Positions 1-17,600 of a DNA stretch of 64,000 bases are shown here, piece by piece. Under the pieces are notes generated by a model. The model was not told the DNA's origin. It saw only the letters and a list, made by a program, of their open reading frames with translations, and made no database searches. The DNA comes from the human T2T-CHM13v2.0 reference genome, Homo sapiens, in the NCBI RefSeq assembly GCF_009914755.1, contig NC_060934.1; one strand, written 5' to 3'. How positions within the stretch are numbered: position 1 is the first letter of the stretch; each line of letters starts with the position of its first letter. Position numbers and translations under genes: made by a program.

Positions 1-1050
1 TGTTTTTTCCCCATCTTTGTGGTTTTATCTACTTTTGGTCTTTGATGATGGTGATGTACAAATGGGTTTTTGGTGTGTATGTCCTTTCTGTTTGTTAGTT
101 TTCCTTGTAACAGGCAGGACCCTCAGCTGCAGGTCTGTTGGAGTTTGCTAGAAGTCCACTCCAGACCCTGTTTGCCTGGGTATCAGCAACAGTGGCAGTA
201 GAATAGTGGATATTGGTGAACCGCAAATGCTGCTGCCTGATCCTTCCTCTGGATGTTTTGTGTCACTGGAGTACCCAGCCGTGTGAGGTGTCAGTCTGCC
301 CCTACTGGGGGTGCCTCCCAGTTAGGCTGCTCGGGGGTCAGGGGTCAGGGACCCACTTGAGGGGGCAGTCTGCCCGTTCTCAGATCTCCAGCTGCATGCT
401 GGGAGAACCACTTCTCTCTTCAAAGCTGTCAGACAGGGACATTTAAGTCTGCAGAGGTTACTGCTGTCTTTTTGTTTGTCTGTGCCCTGCCCCCAGAGGT
501 GGAGCCTACAGAGGCAGGCAGGCCTCCTTGAGCTGTGGTGGGCTCCACCCAGTTTGAGCTTCCCAGCTACTTTGTTTACCTAAGCAAGCATGGGCAATGG
601 TGGGCGCCCCTCCCCCAGCCTAGCTGCTGCCTTGCAGTTTGATCTCAGACTGCTGTGCTAACAATCAGCCAGACTCCTTGGGCATAGGACCCTCTGAGCC
701 ACGTGCGGGATATAATCTCCCGGTGCGCCGTTTTTTAAGCCCGTCGGAAAAGCGCAGTATTAGGGTGGGAGTGACCCTATTTTCCAGGTGCTGCCTGTCA
801 CCCCTTTCTTTGACTAGGAAAGGGAACTCCCTGACCCCTTGCACTTCCCGAGTGAGGCAATGCCTCATGCTGCTCGGCTCGCACACGGTGCGCTGCACCC
901 ACTCTCCTGCACCCACTCTCTGGCACTCCCTAGTGAGATGAACCTGGTACCTCAGATGGAAATGCAGAAATCACCCATCTTCTGTGTCACTCACGCTGGG
1001 AGCTGTAGACCGGAGTTGTTCCTATTCAGACATCTTGGCTGCCCTCTCCC
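1..1050 (-). mobile_element. LINE-1 5' UTR and ORF1 start (L1PA3/L1PA4-like); element continues left of the window
   Basis: The minus strand reads GGGAGAGGGCAGCCAAGATGTCTGAATAGGAAC, the L1 5' terminus with its YY1-type motif. The ORF1 start ATGGGGAAAAAACA lies at about 14-1. The approximately 129-bp UTR segment absent from L1HS/L1PA2 is retained at about 142-270. Confidence 0.95.
597..941 (+). pseudogene. Disrupted L1 antisense ORF0 homolog
   Basis: ATG at 597 gives MVGAPPPA then TAG at 621-623. The in-frame continuation ISDCCANNQPDSLGIGPSEP...RRFLSPSEKRSIRVGVTLFSRC matches primate L1 ORF0. Confidence 0.85.
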
Positions 1051-4730
<3,680 letters not shown>

Positions 4731-4794
4731 TTGATGCAGTTTCTTCCTAGTCTGGATGGTCTTTAGAATTTGGCATGTTTTTGCAGTGGCTGGT

Positions 4795-5770
4795 ACCAGT
4801 TTTTCCTTTCCATGTTTATTGCTTCCTTCAGGAGCTCTTGTAGGGAAGGCCTGGTGGTGACAAAATCTCTCAGCATTTGCTTGTCTGTAAAGGATTTTAT
4901 TTCTCCTTCACTTATGAAGCTTAGTTTGGGCAGATATGAAATTCTGGATTGAAAATTCTTTTCTTTAAGAAAGTTGAATATTGTCCCCCACTCTCTTCTG
5001 GCTTGTAGAGTTTCTGCCGAGACATCAGCTGTTAGTCTGATGGGCTTCCCTTTGTGGGTAACCCGACCTTTCCGGCTGCCCTTATCAATTTTTCCTTCAT
5101 TTCAACTTTGGTGAATCTATTATGTGTGTTAGAGTTGCTCTTCTCGAGGAGTATCTCTGTGGCATTTTCTGTATCTCCTGAATTTGAATGTTGGCCTGCC
5201 TTGCTAGATTAGGGAAGTTCTCATGGATAATATCCTGCAGAGTGTTTTCCAACTTGGTTCCATTCTCCCCGTCACTTTCAGGTAAACCAATCAGATGTAG
5301 ATTTGGTCTTTTCACATAGTCCCATATTTCATGGAGGCTTTGTTCGTTTCTTTTTATTCTTTTTTCTCTAAACTTCTCTTCTTGCTTCATTTCATTCATT
5401 TGATCTTCAATCACTGATACCCTTTCTTCCAGTTGATCGAATCGGCTACTGAAGCTTGTGCATTCATCATATAGTTCTCGTGCCATGGTTTTCGGCTCCA
5501 TCAGGTCCTTTAAGGACTTCTCTGCATTGGTATTCTAATTAGCCATTTGTCTAATCTCTTTTCAAGGTTTTTAACTTCTTTGCCATGGCTTCTAACTTCC
5601 TCCTTTAGCTTGGAGAAGTTTGATCATCTGAAGCCTTCTTCTCTCAACTGGTCGAAGTCATTCTCCATCCAGCTTTGTTCCGCTGCTGGTGAGGAGGTGC
5701 ATTCCTTTGGAGGAGGAGAGGTGCTCTGATTTTTAGAATTTTCAGTTTTTCTGTTCTATGTTTCCCCATC
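4795..5770 (-). pseudogene. L1 ORF1p remnants
   Basis: Fragment ...EIWDYVKRPNL.LIG.PESDGENGTKLENTLQDII.ENFPNLARQ; frameshifted. Confidence 0.9.
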
Positions 5771-6959
5771 TTTGCACTTTTATTTACCTTTGGTTTTGAT
5801 GATGGTGACATACACATGGGGTTTTCGTGTGGGTGTCCTTTCTGTTTGTTAGTTTTCCTTTTAACAGTCAGGACCCTCAGCTGCAGGTCTGTTGGAGTTT
5901 GCTGGAAGGCCACCCCTGACCTTTGTTGCCTGTGTATCAGCAGTGGAGGCTGCAGAACAGCGAATATTGCTGAACAGCAAATGTTGCTGTCTGATCGTTC
6001 CTTCGGAGGTTTCATCTCAGAGGGGTACCCGGCCCTGTGAGATATCAGTCTGTCCCTACTGAGGAGTGCCTCCCAGATAAGCTACTCAGGGGTCAGGACC
6101 CACTTGATGAGGCAGTCTGTCCATTCTCAGATCTCGAACTCTGTGCTGGGAGAACCACTACTCTCTTCAAAGCTGTCAGACAGGGACGTTTAAGTCTGTA
6201 GAGGTTTCTGCTGCCTTTTGTTTGGCTATGCCCTGCCCCCAAAGGTGGAGTCTACAGAGGCAGGAGGCCTCCTTGAGCTGCGGTGGGCTCCACCCAGTAT
6301 GAGCTTCCTGGCAGCTTTGTTTACTTACTCAGGCCTCAGCAATGGCAGGTGCCCCTCCCACAGCCTCACTGCTGCCTTGCAGTTTGATCTCAGACTGCTG
6401 TGCTCCAATGAGTGAGGCTGCATGGGTGTATGACCCTTGGAGCCAGGCATGGGATATAATCTCCTGGTGTGCCATTTGCTAAGATCATTGGAAAAGCGCA
6501 GTATTAGGGTGGGAGTGACCGGATTTTCCCGGTGCCATCCGTTACAGCTTTGTTTGGATGTGCAAGGGAATTCCCTGACCCCTTGCACTTCCCAGGTGAG
6601 GTGATGCCTTGCCCTGCTTCAGCTCACACTCAGTGCGCTGCACCCACTGTCCTGTACCCATTGTCCGACAAGCCCTGGTAAGATGAACTCAGTACCTCAG
6701 TTGGAAATGCAGAAATCATTCGTCTTCTGTGTTGCTCACGCTGGGAGCTGTAGACTGGAGCTCTTCCTATTCGGCCATCTTGGAACCGCTCCCCTGATAT
6801 ATGCACTTTCATGAGAGTTTTAGCATATAAGTGAGCTCGGTGAAATTTGAGATTATGACTCTCTGGTTCAAAGTTCTATCCCAATGCTTACCACATAATC
6901 TGATATGTTACACACACACAATCAATGATCTGACCATGTGTCAGAAATAATTTCCTACT

Positions 6960-7560
6960 CCTGAATATTTATTCATGCCCAAGGTATTTACTGGTGAGAT
7001 CTAGTCTGTGCTTGACCCTGTCCTAGGTGTTAGGGGTACAAAAATACCTAAGATATTTTCTCTGCCCCAAAGAGTTCACTCTCCTTGGAGTAATAAACGT
7101 GCAAGCAAATAATTACAATGAATAATTACTGTAAGTGCTATAATACAAAATGAGATACTCACATAAAGGAAATATTGAGTGATTCTTCTGGGAAAGTTAC
7201 ATGAGTGGTATTTAAGATAGGTCATGAAACATGAGTAATAGTATGCAAAGCTGAGCAAAGTGAACTATATATTCCAGGAAAATTGGAGTATGTGCCAAGT
7301 CATGAAGATGTGAAACCATCTCACTGTCCTGGGAACCACACATAGTTGAATACCGTTTATGTGTTGTACGTTAAGGTTAGGGGTGTGAAGTAGGCAGGAA
7401 AAAAATATGTTGAGGACAAAATCCAGAGTTCTCTTCTGCCATTCTAAGAAATTTACTTTAGATGATATTAGCAACTGGACCTCTCAAGGGCGTGCAAGCA
7501 GAGGAGTGATATGGTCAGATTTGCTTTTTAGAAAACTCACTTGTGCATCAATAACAAATG
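6960..7560 (-). mobile_element. L2 remnant
   Basis: Degenerate antisense L2 3'-end motifs (tatttactg..tgtgc..tgtcctaggtg; gagtgatatggtcagatttgc). Confidence 0.6.
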
Positions 7561-8159
7561 AACTGAAGAGGCTTCAGTGAGAGACAGGGAGAGACACATA
7601 GCAGTTGCACTTTGTTTGGAGAACTGAACAGTTACTATGCATGTGTGAGAACAGCATAGGTTCTGGAAAGGTGCAGAACAAAGAAGAAGCAACTTTTAAG
7701 CCTGAGTGGATGAGTGGAGAAAGGAGGAGGATTTACGGATAACTCAGGAAACTCCTGACAAAGTTAAAAGCCTGTAATTTCCCTACCATATATTTTCTTT
7801 CTTCTGAGTCGTTTGGCTAGAGATAAGAATATTATGGCCTTAGGAAAAATCCTTTCAGTGGAAATGAGAATTTTAAATAAAACAAATAAAATATAGTCAA
7901 GTTCATAATTTGCCACAACTGAGAAGATTTATGTCAAAGCCACTACTTTCTGGTTAACTTCTTGTCTTCAGTCAGAAGAGCACTATTGGTGGAGTTTTAT
8001 TGTGTTTCCTGAATGAACTTCGCTATCCACAGGCCATAAAAATGAGATTCTGAATAGTCACTCCATCACTTTCCAGGGGGCAGAAGTCAGCTTGGGTTCA
8101 GTGGAGGGAGGTGGTACCATGGCATTACACCTGGATGTCCCCTCTGTAAAGTGAAATAG

Positions 8160-8525
8160 CATAAAGAGTGTGGTGGGAGGAATCACTCAAAAAGGCCTGG
8201 GTTCAAATTCAGATTTGGCTACTTAGAACTGTTCCTTAACTATTATGAGCTTCCACAGACTCATCCATAGAATGGATGGTAATATCCATCACACAGGGGT
8301 CTTTGTGAAGCTATTGTGATGGCTGTAGTAAGATATTGCACATAGGGCATTATGCCTAGCACCACATAAGTGTCCTTGGTGGACAGTGTTGACACATTTA
8401 ATCTCTCAATAATAGTTTGAGGTATTAATACTTCCATTTTATAGACGTGGAAACTGAGACAATGAGGTGTATTCACTTAAGACTACACAAAGGAGGAAGT
8501 GGAAGAATAGGTTTTGAACCTAACT
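8160..8525. mobile_element. Two adjacent MIR remnants in opposite orientation
   Basis: cctgggttcaaattc... reads in + orientation, followed by ccattttatagacgtggaaactgagac in - orientation. Confidence 0.65.
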
Positions 8526-8699
8526 ATGAAAGATGGCTGGCAAACTCTCATTTTGTCAAGGGTAGTAGCTCCTAACATCTTAGACTTTGAGATTTCCTTT
8601 TGGCAAAGTGAAGCTGGTTGTTTTTCTCATTTGGACTATAAATATTCATGATGCTAAAACGGAAGCATTGGTAGGATATATAGGAATACACTGAAGTTG

Positions 8700-8810
8700 A
8701 AAGAAGAGAGAAAAAACAGAGGGAGAAAGGGAGGGAGGAGGGAAATGAAAAAAGGAAGGAGGGAAGGCAGGGAGGGGAGGGGAGGGGAGAGGAAGGACGG
8801 GAGGGGACCT
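8700..8810 (+). repeat. GA/GGGGA-rich low-complexity tract
   Basis: Visible purine tract ggaa/ggggag. Confidence 0.85.
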
Positions 8811-10592
8811 CATAGAGAAATAGGATCCAGTGTGAATTGGCAACGCACTTGTTAATTCTTTTAATCCACTAGTATGTTGATGTCAGCTCCTGGGAAGGAT
8901 CCATAGCCTTTGATGATGATAATTTTCACCTAGGCATGTTTTTTTCCCTTCAGGGAATGTCTAGTTTGCTTAAGGGACTCTCATTCCTGGCTGCTGTTAC
9001 AAGGAGAAATATAGCTGTGGGTAATATGTATGTCTATGTGTATAAGTGTGGACATACACATACACTCACTCTTACACAAACACACACACATGAATGCTGT
9101 GAAGCTTATACAGGAAAGTAAGAGTGCTCTGGCTTCACTGCTGTCTGTGATTTCTCCTTGACCCTGATTTACTTCAAGGAGTCTGCTAATTACAACTCTA
9201 AATCTAAATTGATATGATTATACAGGCTTTTCTTGATTTAATTAATTTAATTACATCTATCAGTTCTTTCTGTGAAAAGATTAGCCAAATTTTCTTAACT
9301 CTATAATCCCACTTAATTTTTACAAGATAAATTTTTTGCATAGTGTTTGTCTTTACATAAATAGAACAATTCAACTTTCCTTCTTATTTCTTTAACTTTA
9401 AATAGCATCTCATGAATCTCCATCAATGTAGGTACTTCATCCCTCCTTCTCACCTCCTAGCTTCCTCCAGTCTTCTGGGAGCATTGCCTTTTCTTTTAAG
9501 CCATCAAGGCTGATGACATCTATATCTTGGTAAACACATTTGTATTTTCTATCTTGTGTCCTTATATTGACATAAAAAATAAAAGCCAATAAACATTTCT
9601 TATTTGACAACATAAAAGTCCCTCACTGTCAAGCCAAGTAGCTGTGCTTTCATTTTATTTTCTTCTTTTTCTGTTGACTATTACTTTGCTTTCGCCACTT
9701 AAAAAAGTTCTTCCTATCCTGTTCAAAGGTTTATCTTTTATTAACCTCCACCAATAGCTAAAAATCATGACATACTGCATCTGTGTCAACTGTGACTCAT
9801 GTCCTTTGTGAGAGAAATACACCATTGGGATGTAGACTGTGGGCTCTGGGGTGAATTATAAGGGGTTCTTATCCTGACTGTGAGGTTAACTTCATGCCCT
9901 TGAGGAGCTCTCTGTGCTTCAGCTTCTTCATCTTTTAAATGTGGGTGAGAGCAGCGCCAAATATGTAGTATTGTCAGGAGGATTAGACGAAATGTGTACA
10001 AAGGATTTCACATAGTTGGCCACATAGTAAACACTGCAAAATGTTTTATTATAACATTTTATAGAAGTTTTTAATTATCTTATTATTCAGTGGAAGGAGC
10101 ATTTGCCTAATTTGCCATGTCACTAACATCATCTAACTCTTTAGTCATTGTGTCGCTTGGACTCTATTTGTTTCAACTTTTTGAAAACATATTTTTGGAT
10201 TTGTAATTCTAATTTAAACTACTGCTGTTTTACATGCTTTACGACTGCCTTTTTAAGCTCTTCCAAGCAATCCACTCTTTCGTAGTGGTCCACTTCCCAG
10301 TACTTTGTTCTCCCCCATAGTTTGTTATGTACATGAGCAGATGTTCACCCATGCTCCCCGATCCTACACTTTGTGGAATCTATCTACTGACAGTCTTTTT
10401 AGCCTCTTCACTGTTGCTGCTTTAATTTATTCCTTTCACTTTACTGAGTTAACTAGAACACCTTGTACTTGTTTCATTATTCAGATGTAAACAATCTCCT
10501 TTAATCCTCATAGAAAGCCCAACATGTAAGTCGTATGATTTCCATTTTGGGGACGGAAAACTGAGGCACATAGGGATTCAGAAACTTGCTTA

Positions 10593-10821
10593 AGTGGGGA
10601 GTGGTGGATCATGCTTATAATCCCAGCACTTTGAAAGTCTGAGGCAGGAGGATTGCTTGAGCCCTGGTGTTTGAGATAAGCCTGGGCAACATAGTGAGAC
10701 CCCATCTACAAAATTTTTTTAAAGAACTAGCCAGGCATGGAGATGTGTGCCTGTAGTCCCATTTACTTGGGAGACTGAGGCAAGAAGGTCATTTGAGCCT
10801 GCAGGAGTCGAGGCTGTTGTA
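10593..10821 (+). mobile_element. AluJ, 3'-incomplete
   Basis: J-type motifs gattgcttgagccc and gcaacatagtgagacccc. Confidence 0.9.
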
Positions 10822-10822
10822 A

Positions 10823-11044
10823 ATGAAAAGAGAAAAAAAGGAAAAGAAAGGAAAGAGAAAGGAAAAGAAAGAGATAAAGAGAAAGAAAGAGAGAAAGAGA
10901 AAAAGAAGAAAGAAGGAAAGAGAAAGACAAAGAAAGAAGGAAGAAAGAAGAAAGAGAGAGAAAGAAAGAAAGAGAGAGAGAAAGAAAAGAAAAGAAAAAA
11001 GTAAAGAAAAGAAAACAAAGAGGAAGGGAGGGAAGGAGGGAGGG
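10823..11044 (+). repeat. (GAAA/GA/GGAA)n purine repeat
   Basis: About 220 bp of almost pure A/G. Confidence 0.95.
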
Positions 11045-11954
11045 ACTTGCCCAGGTCACCCAATAGTAAGTAGCAAAATCCTGATTACACTTCATGTTCT
11101 TTGGACTTGGCAACCCTTGTGGGAAAGGGCAGCAGTGATTTCTGCCGGCTTCAGAGGGATCCTGGAATTGTGAAAGTCTTACTTAAATGCAAAGAGGGCA
11201 AAGGAGATTGAGGAGTAGAAAGTGGTATGTTAGCACATATACCTTGCTAAGGAAGCAGATCTGAAAGAATAGATACAAATGTAACTGACTCCCAGGCTGA
11301 GGAAAAAAGGAAGGGGCAGCATAAAAAGAACCAAAAACCCATAGACACTTTTGTTGCAAGTAGTGACAGCAAGTGCCTGAATTTCAGCTGTGATTGTATA
11401 TATTTCCAGAGAACAAAGCTTTATAATAGTATCCTTGTCCTAACTAGACTGACAAATTAACACTTGTTGATGATGGTCCACACCTCTCCACCACATGGGG
11501 ATGGCAGCTATGGCTGGCAAGCATACTGATGGAGAGTAGCTATAGATTTTTTAACCCAGAAAATCCATTTTATATCTTCTATGTGCAGCCCTTAAAATGA
11601 TAAAGTTATATATAAATATATATATAGAAAATATATTTATATTAGAAAAGGCATATACATACTTGCTGATTGATTCACCCAAAGTTCATAGCAAAATACT
11701 AGGTCTGTGAACAAAGCACGTACTTGTCAGAGAAAAAGAAATGTTTATTCTATATAAATGTATAACATATACCACATATGTATATTTTATATAATTATAT
11801 ATGCTCTCATTATGTTCATATTCAAGAGACAAGAGTTGATAATATATGTATACAGACCTATAACTCTGTTGTATATGGCATATGGACATGTCTCCATAGC
11901 TTGCTCTATATACATATCTGTGTGTGTATATATGTATGTATGAATCTATCCACA

Positions 11955-12220
11955 GAATGTTACTAGAAAGAACACAAACTTTAGAGTCAGATACATTTAG
12001 ATTTAAAATTCAAATCTCTGACTCAATGAACACAGAACTATGGGCAATTTACTTCACGGTTTTAAGTCTAGGTTTTAAGTCTAGGTTTCCTTCTTTGCAA
12101 ACACAGGATAATGAGAGTACCTATGTTAGGGTTCACTGGTACGCCAAGGAAATGAGAGTTTATGTGAAGCCCTTAGCAAAGGATTTGGCACATAGGGCAT
12201 AGTCAAAAAATGTTAACTGT
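11955..12220 (+). mobile_element. MIR
   Basis: ttagagtcaga...tgggcaatttactt...cttagcaaaggatttggcacatag. Confidence 0.65.
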
Positions 12221-14189
12221 GATCAAGATATTCTCATGCATTCAATTCAACATACATTTACCCAGCATGTATTATGTTATAGAATATATATCACATATGC
12301 TTATAAAATATTTACAGATACTTGCACACAAACATGTATAGAATTTATTAAGTATAATTTGCCTACCTATTTGAACTTATTATATGCATATGTTTGTAGT
12401 AGTATACATATGTAGATCTAACTCTACTAAATTCAGGAAACATTAATTGAAAAATGTTTTGAACCAGCCTCTATAATAGTTCCTTGGGTGTTAAAATATG
12501 TGCCACACTTATAAAGGGCTTTTGGTATACTGAGGAAGAAAGATACATAAATATATTATTATAATGCTGTATAAAATGCAATAGCATGGCATGTGGAAAA
12601 AGTGTGAGAGAATCAATTACTTTTTCCTAGAAGGACTGAGGAATGGAGTTTATAGGTTAGAAGACAATTGAAATGGGCTTTAAAGAATGAAAACGATCTC
12701 ATTAAGAATGGAATAGGAGGGAAAGTCAGAAGCCAGTTCAAAGGCAGGTTAGCAGATGAGTCTAAAAATAAAGATTAGTTTAGTTTGTGAGCGCATTAGT
12801 TTCTTTTATCTTACAGGCATATTTTCAAGGTTGCTTTCAATACATGTACGATAAAAGGTACTTAAAAATGTAGTATGGAAAGGGACAGAGCAAGAGGTAA
12901 AATCTGGACCTTCTGACAACAAATGAATATCTGTAAGTCGTGGGCAAGTCACCCATCATTGGGATGATTCTATATTTTTATCAAGTGACAAATTGCTGTT
13001 TACTCACATAGGGAGGATTACTATACTTAGCAAACTAAAATATAGAGCATACATAAATTTCAAATAAATATTGGATACTTTTTAGAATAAGTGTGTCCCA
13101 TCTAATAAGTGCAACCTTTCCCTGACATTTCTAAACCCATCCTGTCCAGGCTCTTTTTGAGACCCATTGTAATCTCATCTGTCCTCATGCTTCAGCTCTT
13201 TCACTGATACTCATGACATTTTAAATTTTATCTGCAGATGGAACCTCTTTCTTGAGTTCTGGTTAAATAGTCCCAACTATCTTTTGTAATGTCCTTTAAT
13301 TTCCTTGCCACAAAGTGATAATAATAATACTGCCTCTCTGACTAGGTTGCTGTGAGGATTTAATGAGTGCTTTTTAGAAGCATATGTAATAATTCCTGGC
13401 ATATATCAGCTTGAATGATAGAAAATTGCCATTGTTTATAGGTTAAATATTGGTGAGTTTTAATAGTAACCACTATATGATTGTTTGCCATGATTATCAG
13501 CAGCATTATAGTGTTCTTACCCTCCACAAAGACTTAAATTATTTTATTGCCTCAGCCATGTGACAGCACCCTAGCTCTCTGCAAGAATGACCTATGTGCA
13601 TGTGCTTGACATCCTAGCTCAGCACCTGGCACGTGGCAGGAACTCAAGATCACTTTCCAGGATTCCTTACAAACTGCCTCCCAAATAATCTTCCTGAAAC
13701 TCAAAGCCATCTCAAACATCATCTGTGGTCCTATTTATGAGATCATGTTGTAAAATGGAAAAGACTCTGATCTACCACTGACTAGCTATGTGCCCTTGGA
13801 CAAGTCACTTCATCACCTCCTGCCATGCCATGGGACTTCCTGCCTCTGCCCCTTTACTGACACCTTGTCCTCTTTGGAATATGATATTACCTCTATCCTG
13901 CCCCACAACTCTCCAATATAAATCATGTCATCCTTCAAGCCCAAGCTGAAAATCTCCTTTTACACATTTTTTTGTTTATTCATGCAAAACTCTGTTAAGC
14001 ATTAATCATATTCCAGACCTGAATATCAAATTCAGGGCACTTGACATCTAACAGGTGCTGGAATATTCATGCACTTATGTTAGATGTCCTCATTTGCATT
14101 ACTGTATTTCAGCCATGCTATAAACCTGTGGAGTAGTTATGTTCCAAGTTCTCAGCAGAGGAAATTGACCTTTATAAAAGTTGAATGAA

Positions 14190-14593
<404 letters not shown>

Positions 14594-15214
14594 CTATGTC
14601 TTCTCAAAAGAATTTTCATATATAGTGTGAACCTCAACAGTGTTCTTTACAAATATTTCTGCAATCTGGTCTTTATGTGTTAGTTTTATTCCCTGGATTA
14701 GAAGTTTCTTGTGGCTAAGAGTTACATTTGATTTAATTCTTCTTTGTTTGTCTTGCTTCACATAGCATAATAATAAAAGCCACAATACTGAATAGCTATG
14801 AAGTACTAATACTGTACTATCAAATTTTCATTTTTTTCTTTGAAACAAAATAAAGCATCATGCAGAAAATAGATCTATTCAACCTATAATTGTTAACTAT
14901 TACTAATTTTATAAGACAGGGATGTGAGAAATAAAGTCCCTAAGCTACTAAATGAGGCACTCAGGAATTGAGCTAGATCAGCCTGCCTCTAAAGTTTAGC
15001 CCTTCCTACTCAGCCCTGTTGCCCCATTCATTTAAACAACACCAGCTTAGCAACTACTTATATGCACCACGTGGTGCTCAGAGTTAAGATCAAGGAGACT
15101 AAAAATTGTCCGTTTGCTTTGCCCTTGGAGTTTTGGAAACAGGCAATTGAAAAGCTGCTCATCTAAAATGATCAACCATTTTCAATCATGACTTCCTTTG
15201 GACATATTGTTTTT

Positions 15215-15680
15215 TTATCTATTTACTTTTTTCAACAAATATTTACTAAGATCTTAGTATACATCAGACACTATGCTTTAACAAACCAAACCTCAGCTCT
15301 ACCCTCCCAGAGCTCATAGTTCAATTGGAAGACAATCAGGAACCAAGTGATTGTAGATGTGAGCACAGTTAGAAAAGGGACCATACAGAGATGCACTGCA
15401 AGGGCTTCAGCCTGGAAGGGGTGCCAGGGAAGGCGTCTGTGGAGAAGGACTGTGGAAGCTGCTAAGACCTAGAGTGTATGGGGGGATTGAGAAGAGCATT
15501 GAAGGCAGAAAGGGAAGAAGATGTAAACCTGCTGTGGTGGGAGGGAAAATATCACATTATACAAAATAGAAGAATATTAAAAAGCGTCTTGTATGAGGGG
15601 AAGAGGGGTTAAAGAGGTAAGCAGGAGGCAGAGCTCCTTGCCACAAGGCTAAACAGTTTGGACTCCACCCAAAGGTATGG
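15215..15680 (-). mobile_element. L2 remnant
   Basis: ttcaacaaatatttactaag...cagacactatgc...gagctcatagt. Confidence 0.6.
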
Positions 15681-17286
15681 ATAAACTGATTCAAATACAT
15701 CTTGAGCCAACCTAACCTTTCAGAGCTACCAAAACCATAGAAAAACCAACTCTATTTACCTGTTTGTTCTACACATCATTAAAAATGCATATATATACAC
15801 ACATATATTTACACATGAAGATAGGTAAAATTATCTAAAGGATTCAGTACTTGTGGATCCTAATTGCAAGATTTTGTTACAGATTTTAGGGAGAACAACA
15901 ACCAGCTTTAATTTTCACAGCCTAGGTTGAGTTTTCAGCTTCACTCAGACAAAAATATCAGCTCTCCTTTGTGTCCTGAGAACATTTCAGGGCCAAGTCA
16001 CACCAAAGAGTGGGAATCGAGACTTACAATGCCATTTTCACAGTTGCTTTCCTGATTATAATCATGAGGCAAGATGTTATTCCAGAACTTAATTAATTAT
16101 TTTATTGCTCCTTTGTCATTTTCAAAGTGATAACAAATACAAAAAAAAGAAGTCTCATATGAGTACATGGTTTCACAGAGATCTACCAGGGATGTCTCTG
16201 ATATTTTTCCTTTTTACACAATCAATGTTTCCTTTAGTTAGAGAGGGGCTTCAATCTATCAGACTGCTGAGAGCACCCCTTTGAAATCTTCAGGGTGATA
16301 ATTTAAGTGAAATAGAAATAGAGGAAAATGTTGCATCCTTGGAAATCTTTTGTGATAAAAAGGATTTTCCTGGCTCTTTAGTAAGATGGCACAGAGGGGA
16401 TCAGCATTACAATTAAGTTTGCAATCTTGTTGTACCTAGGGACTCCTTCTAAATATTATCTTCATTCTCCTTAGTTTCCTTGCAACAATAAGGCTGATAA
16501 ACTCCTCTGACACTCCTAACCTTGTGAGAGGACTTATTTGGCTCTGAAGTCCCAACTGCATCTAAGGAAAATATTGTTTCTTTATTCAACTCTCCCTTTC
16601 CAGGTACATGTCTGCAATCGAACAACAGTTACAGATAGCTTTCAAGATTCATTAAGATTCCTCAATTCCCTGAGACCACAGCAACTCTGCTAAGTGGAAA
16701 ATACAGTGGGAAAACCACAGAGTTTAAACTCAAGCAATCTTAAATTTGAATTGAAATGTTGCCACTACTTACATGTCACTAAGCCCCTCTAAGTCTCAGT
16801 GTTCTCAGTTAAGATTATTGGTCCTGAATGATAACATATGCAACATGCTAGTAAGTGCCCATAGGCATAGGTCTAATCAATATATGAAATGGTCCTCTTA
16901 CCCTCTAGTTCTCATATTCTTCAGGAATATCCTTCCCCTTTCACTCCTAGATCAAGCCATTCTTTAGGCTCAGTTAAGTCCTACTCATGATAAGGATAGT
17001 ATCTGCCTTAGATAGAGAAAAGGATAAAATATGAATAACCATTTTTCCGACCTTCAAGGATCTTTCCATCTAGAAAAGAGAACAAGTGTAGGTACATCTA
17101 AATTAAGCACAAGGCTGAAAATGTCATCACTCTGTTAAAGGACTTGAGAATGGTGAGGGTAGAGGAGAGGAAAGTTAATTTCAGCTGCAGAAGACAGGAC
17201 AGATTTTCTGGGAAGGTGTTATCAGATCTTACTTTTGAGGTATGGGTACAATTTAGACCAATGGAGGTCATGGGTAGCAATAATAC

Positions 17287-17600
17287 AGGCCCTTGGTGTG
17301 TAATTACAAAGTCCAAAAATCTCTTAAAACTAAAAGCATTTTCATAGCTCAAATGGTAGCAAAACCTAAAATACATGCTAGAGCCTTCATTAATTTTACT
17401 TAGCGTGAATATTTATATGTTGTGCTCCAGAAATATGAATTTATTTTGGTAAAAGAATGTTGTCTTAGGCCCTGCTGAAGACACTATATAACATGCAATT
17501 ACATTGCTTTATCTCTATAAAATACTTCTCTTGTGCCCCCATGAATTCCTCCGTAGATCTGGCCATATATGTTTGAAATAAGGGATTTATTGTGGTTCTT
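17287..17600. mobile_element. Ancient TcMar-Tigger-type MITE (MamRep434-like)
   Basis: TA-flanked caggccc...ataagggat..tgtggttct ends; internal tccaaaaa..ct.aaaact.aaag and cttag.gtgaatatt recalled from that family. Confidence 0.5.

Larger units (their letters stand above)
10495..11090 (-). mobile_element. MIR split by an AluJ and its GA-rich tail
   Basis: The MIR core ...aaaactgaggcac..gaaacttgc stops at about 10592 and resumes as ggacttgcccaggtcac at about 11043. Confidence 0.7.

Noticed and set aside
10719-11173. K/E/R-rich and F/S/L-rich ORFs (also 24553-24902)
   Set aside because: Translations of purine/pyrimidine simple repeats.
16585-16610. Host exon at the polypyrimidine-CAG (also 52850 and 60505-60540)
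   Set aside because: Acceptor-like motifs alone, without a paired donor or recognisable coding frame, are common by chance.
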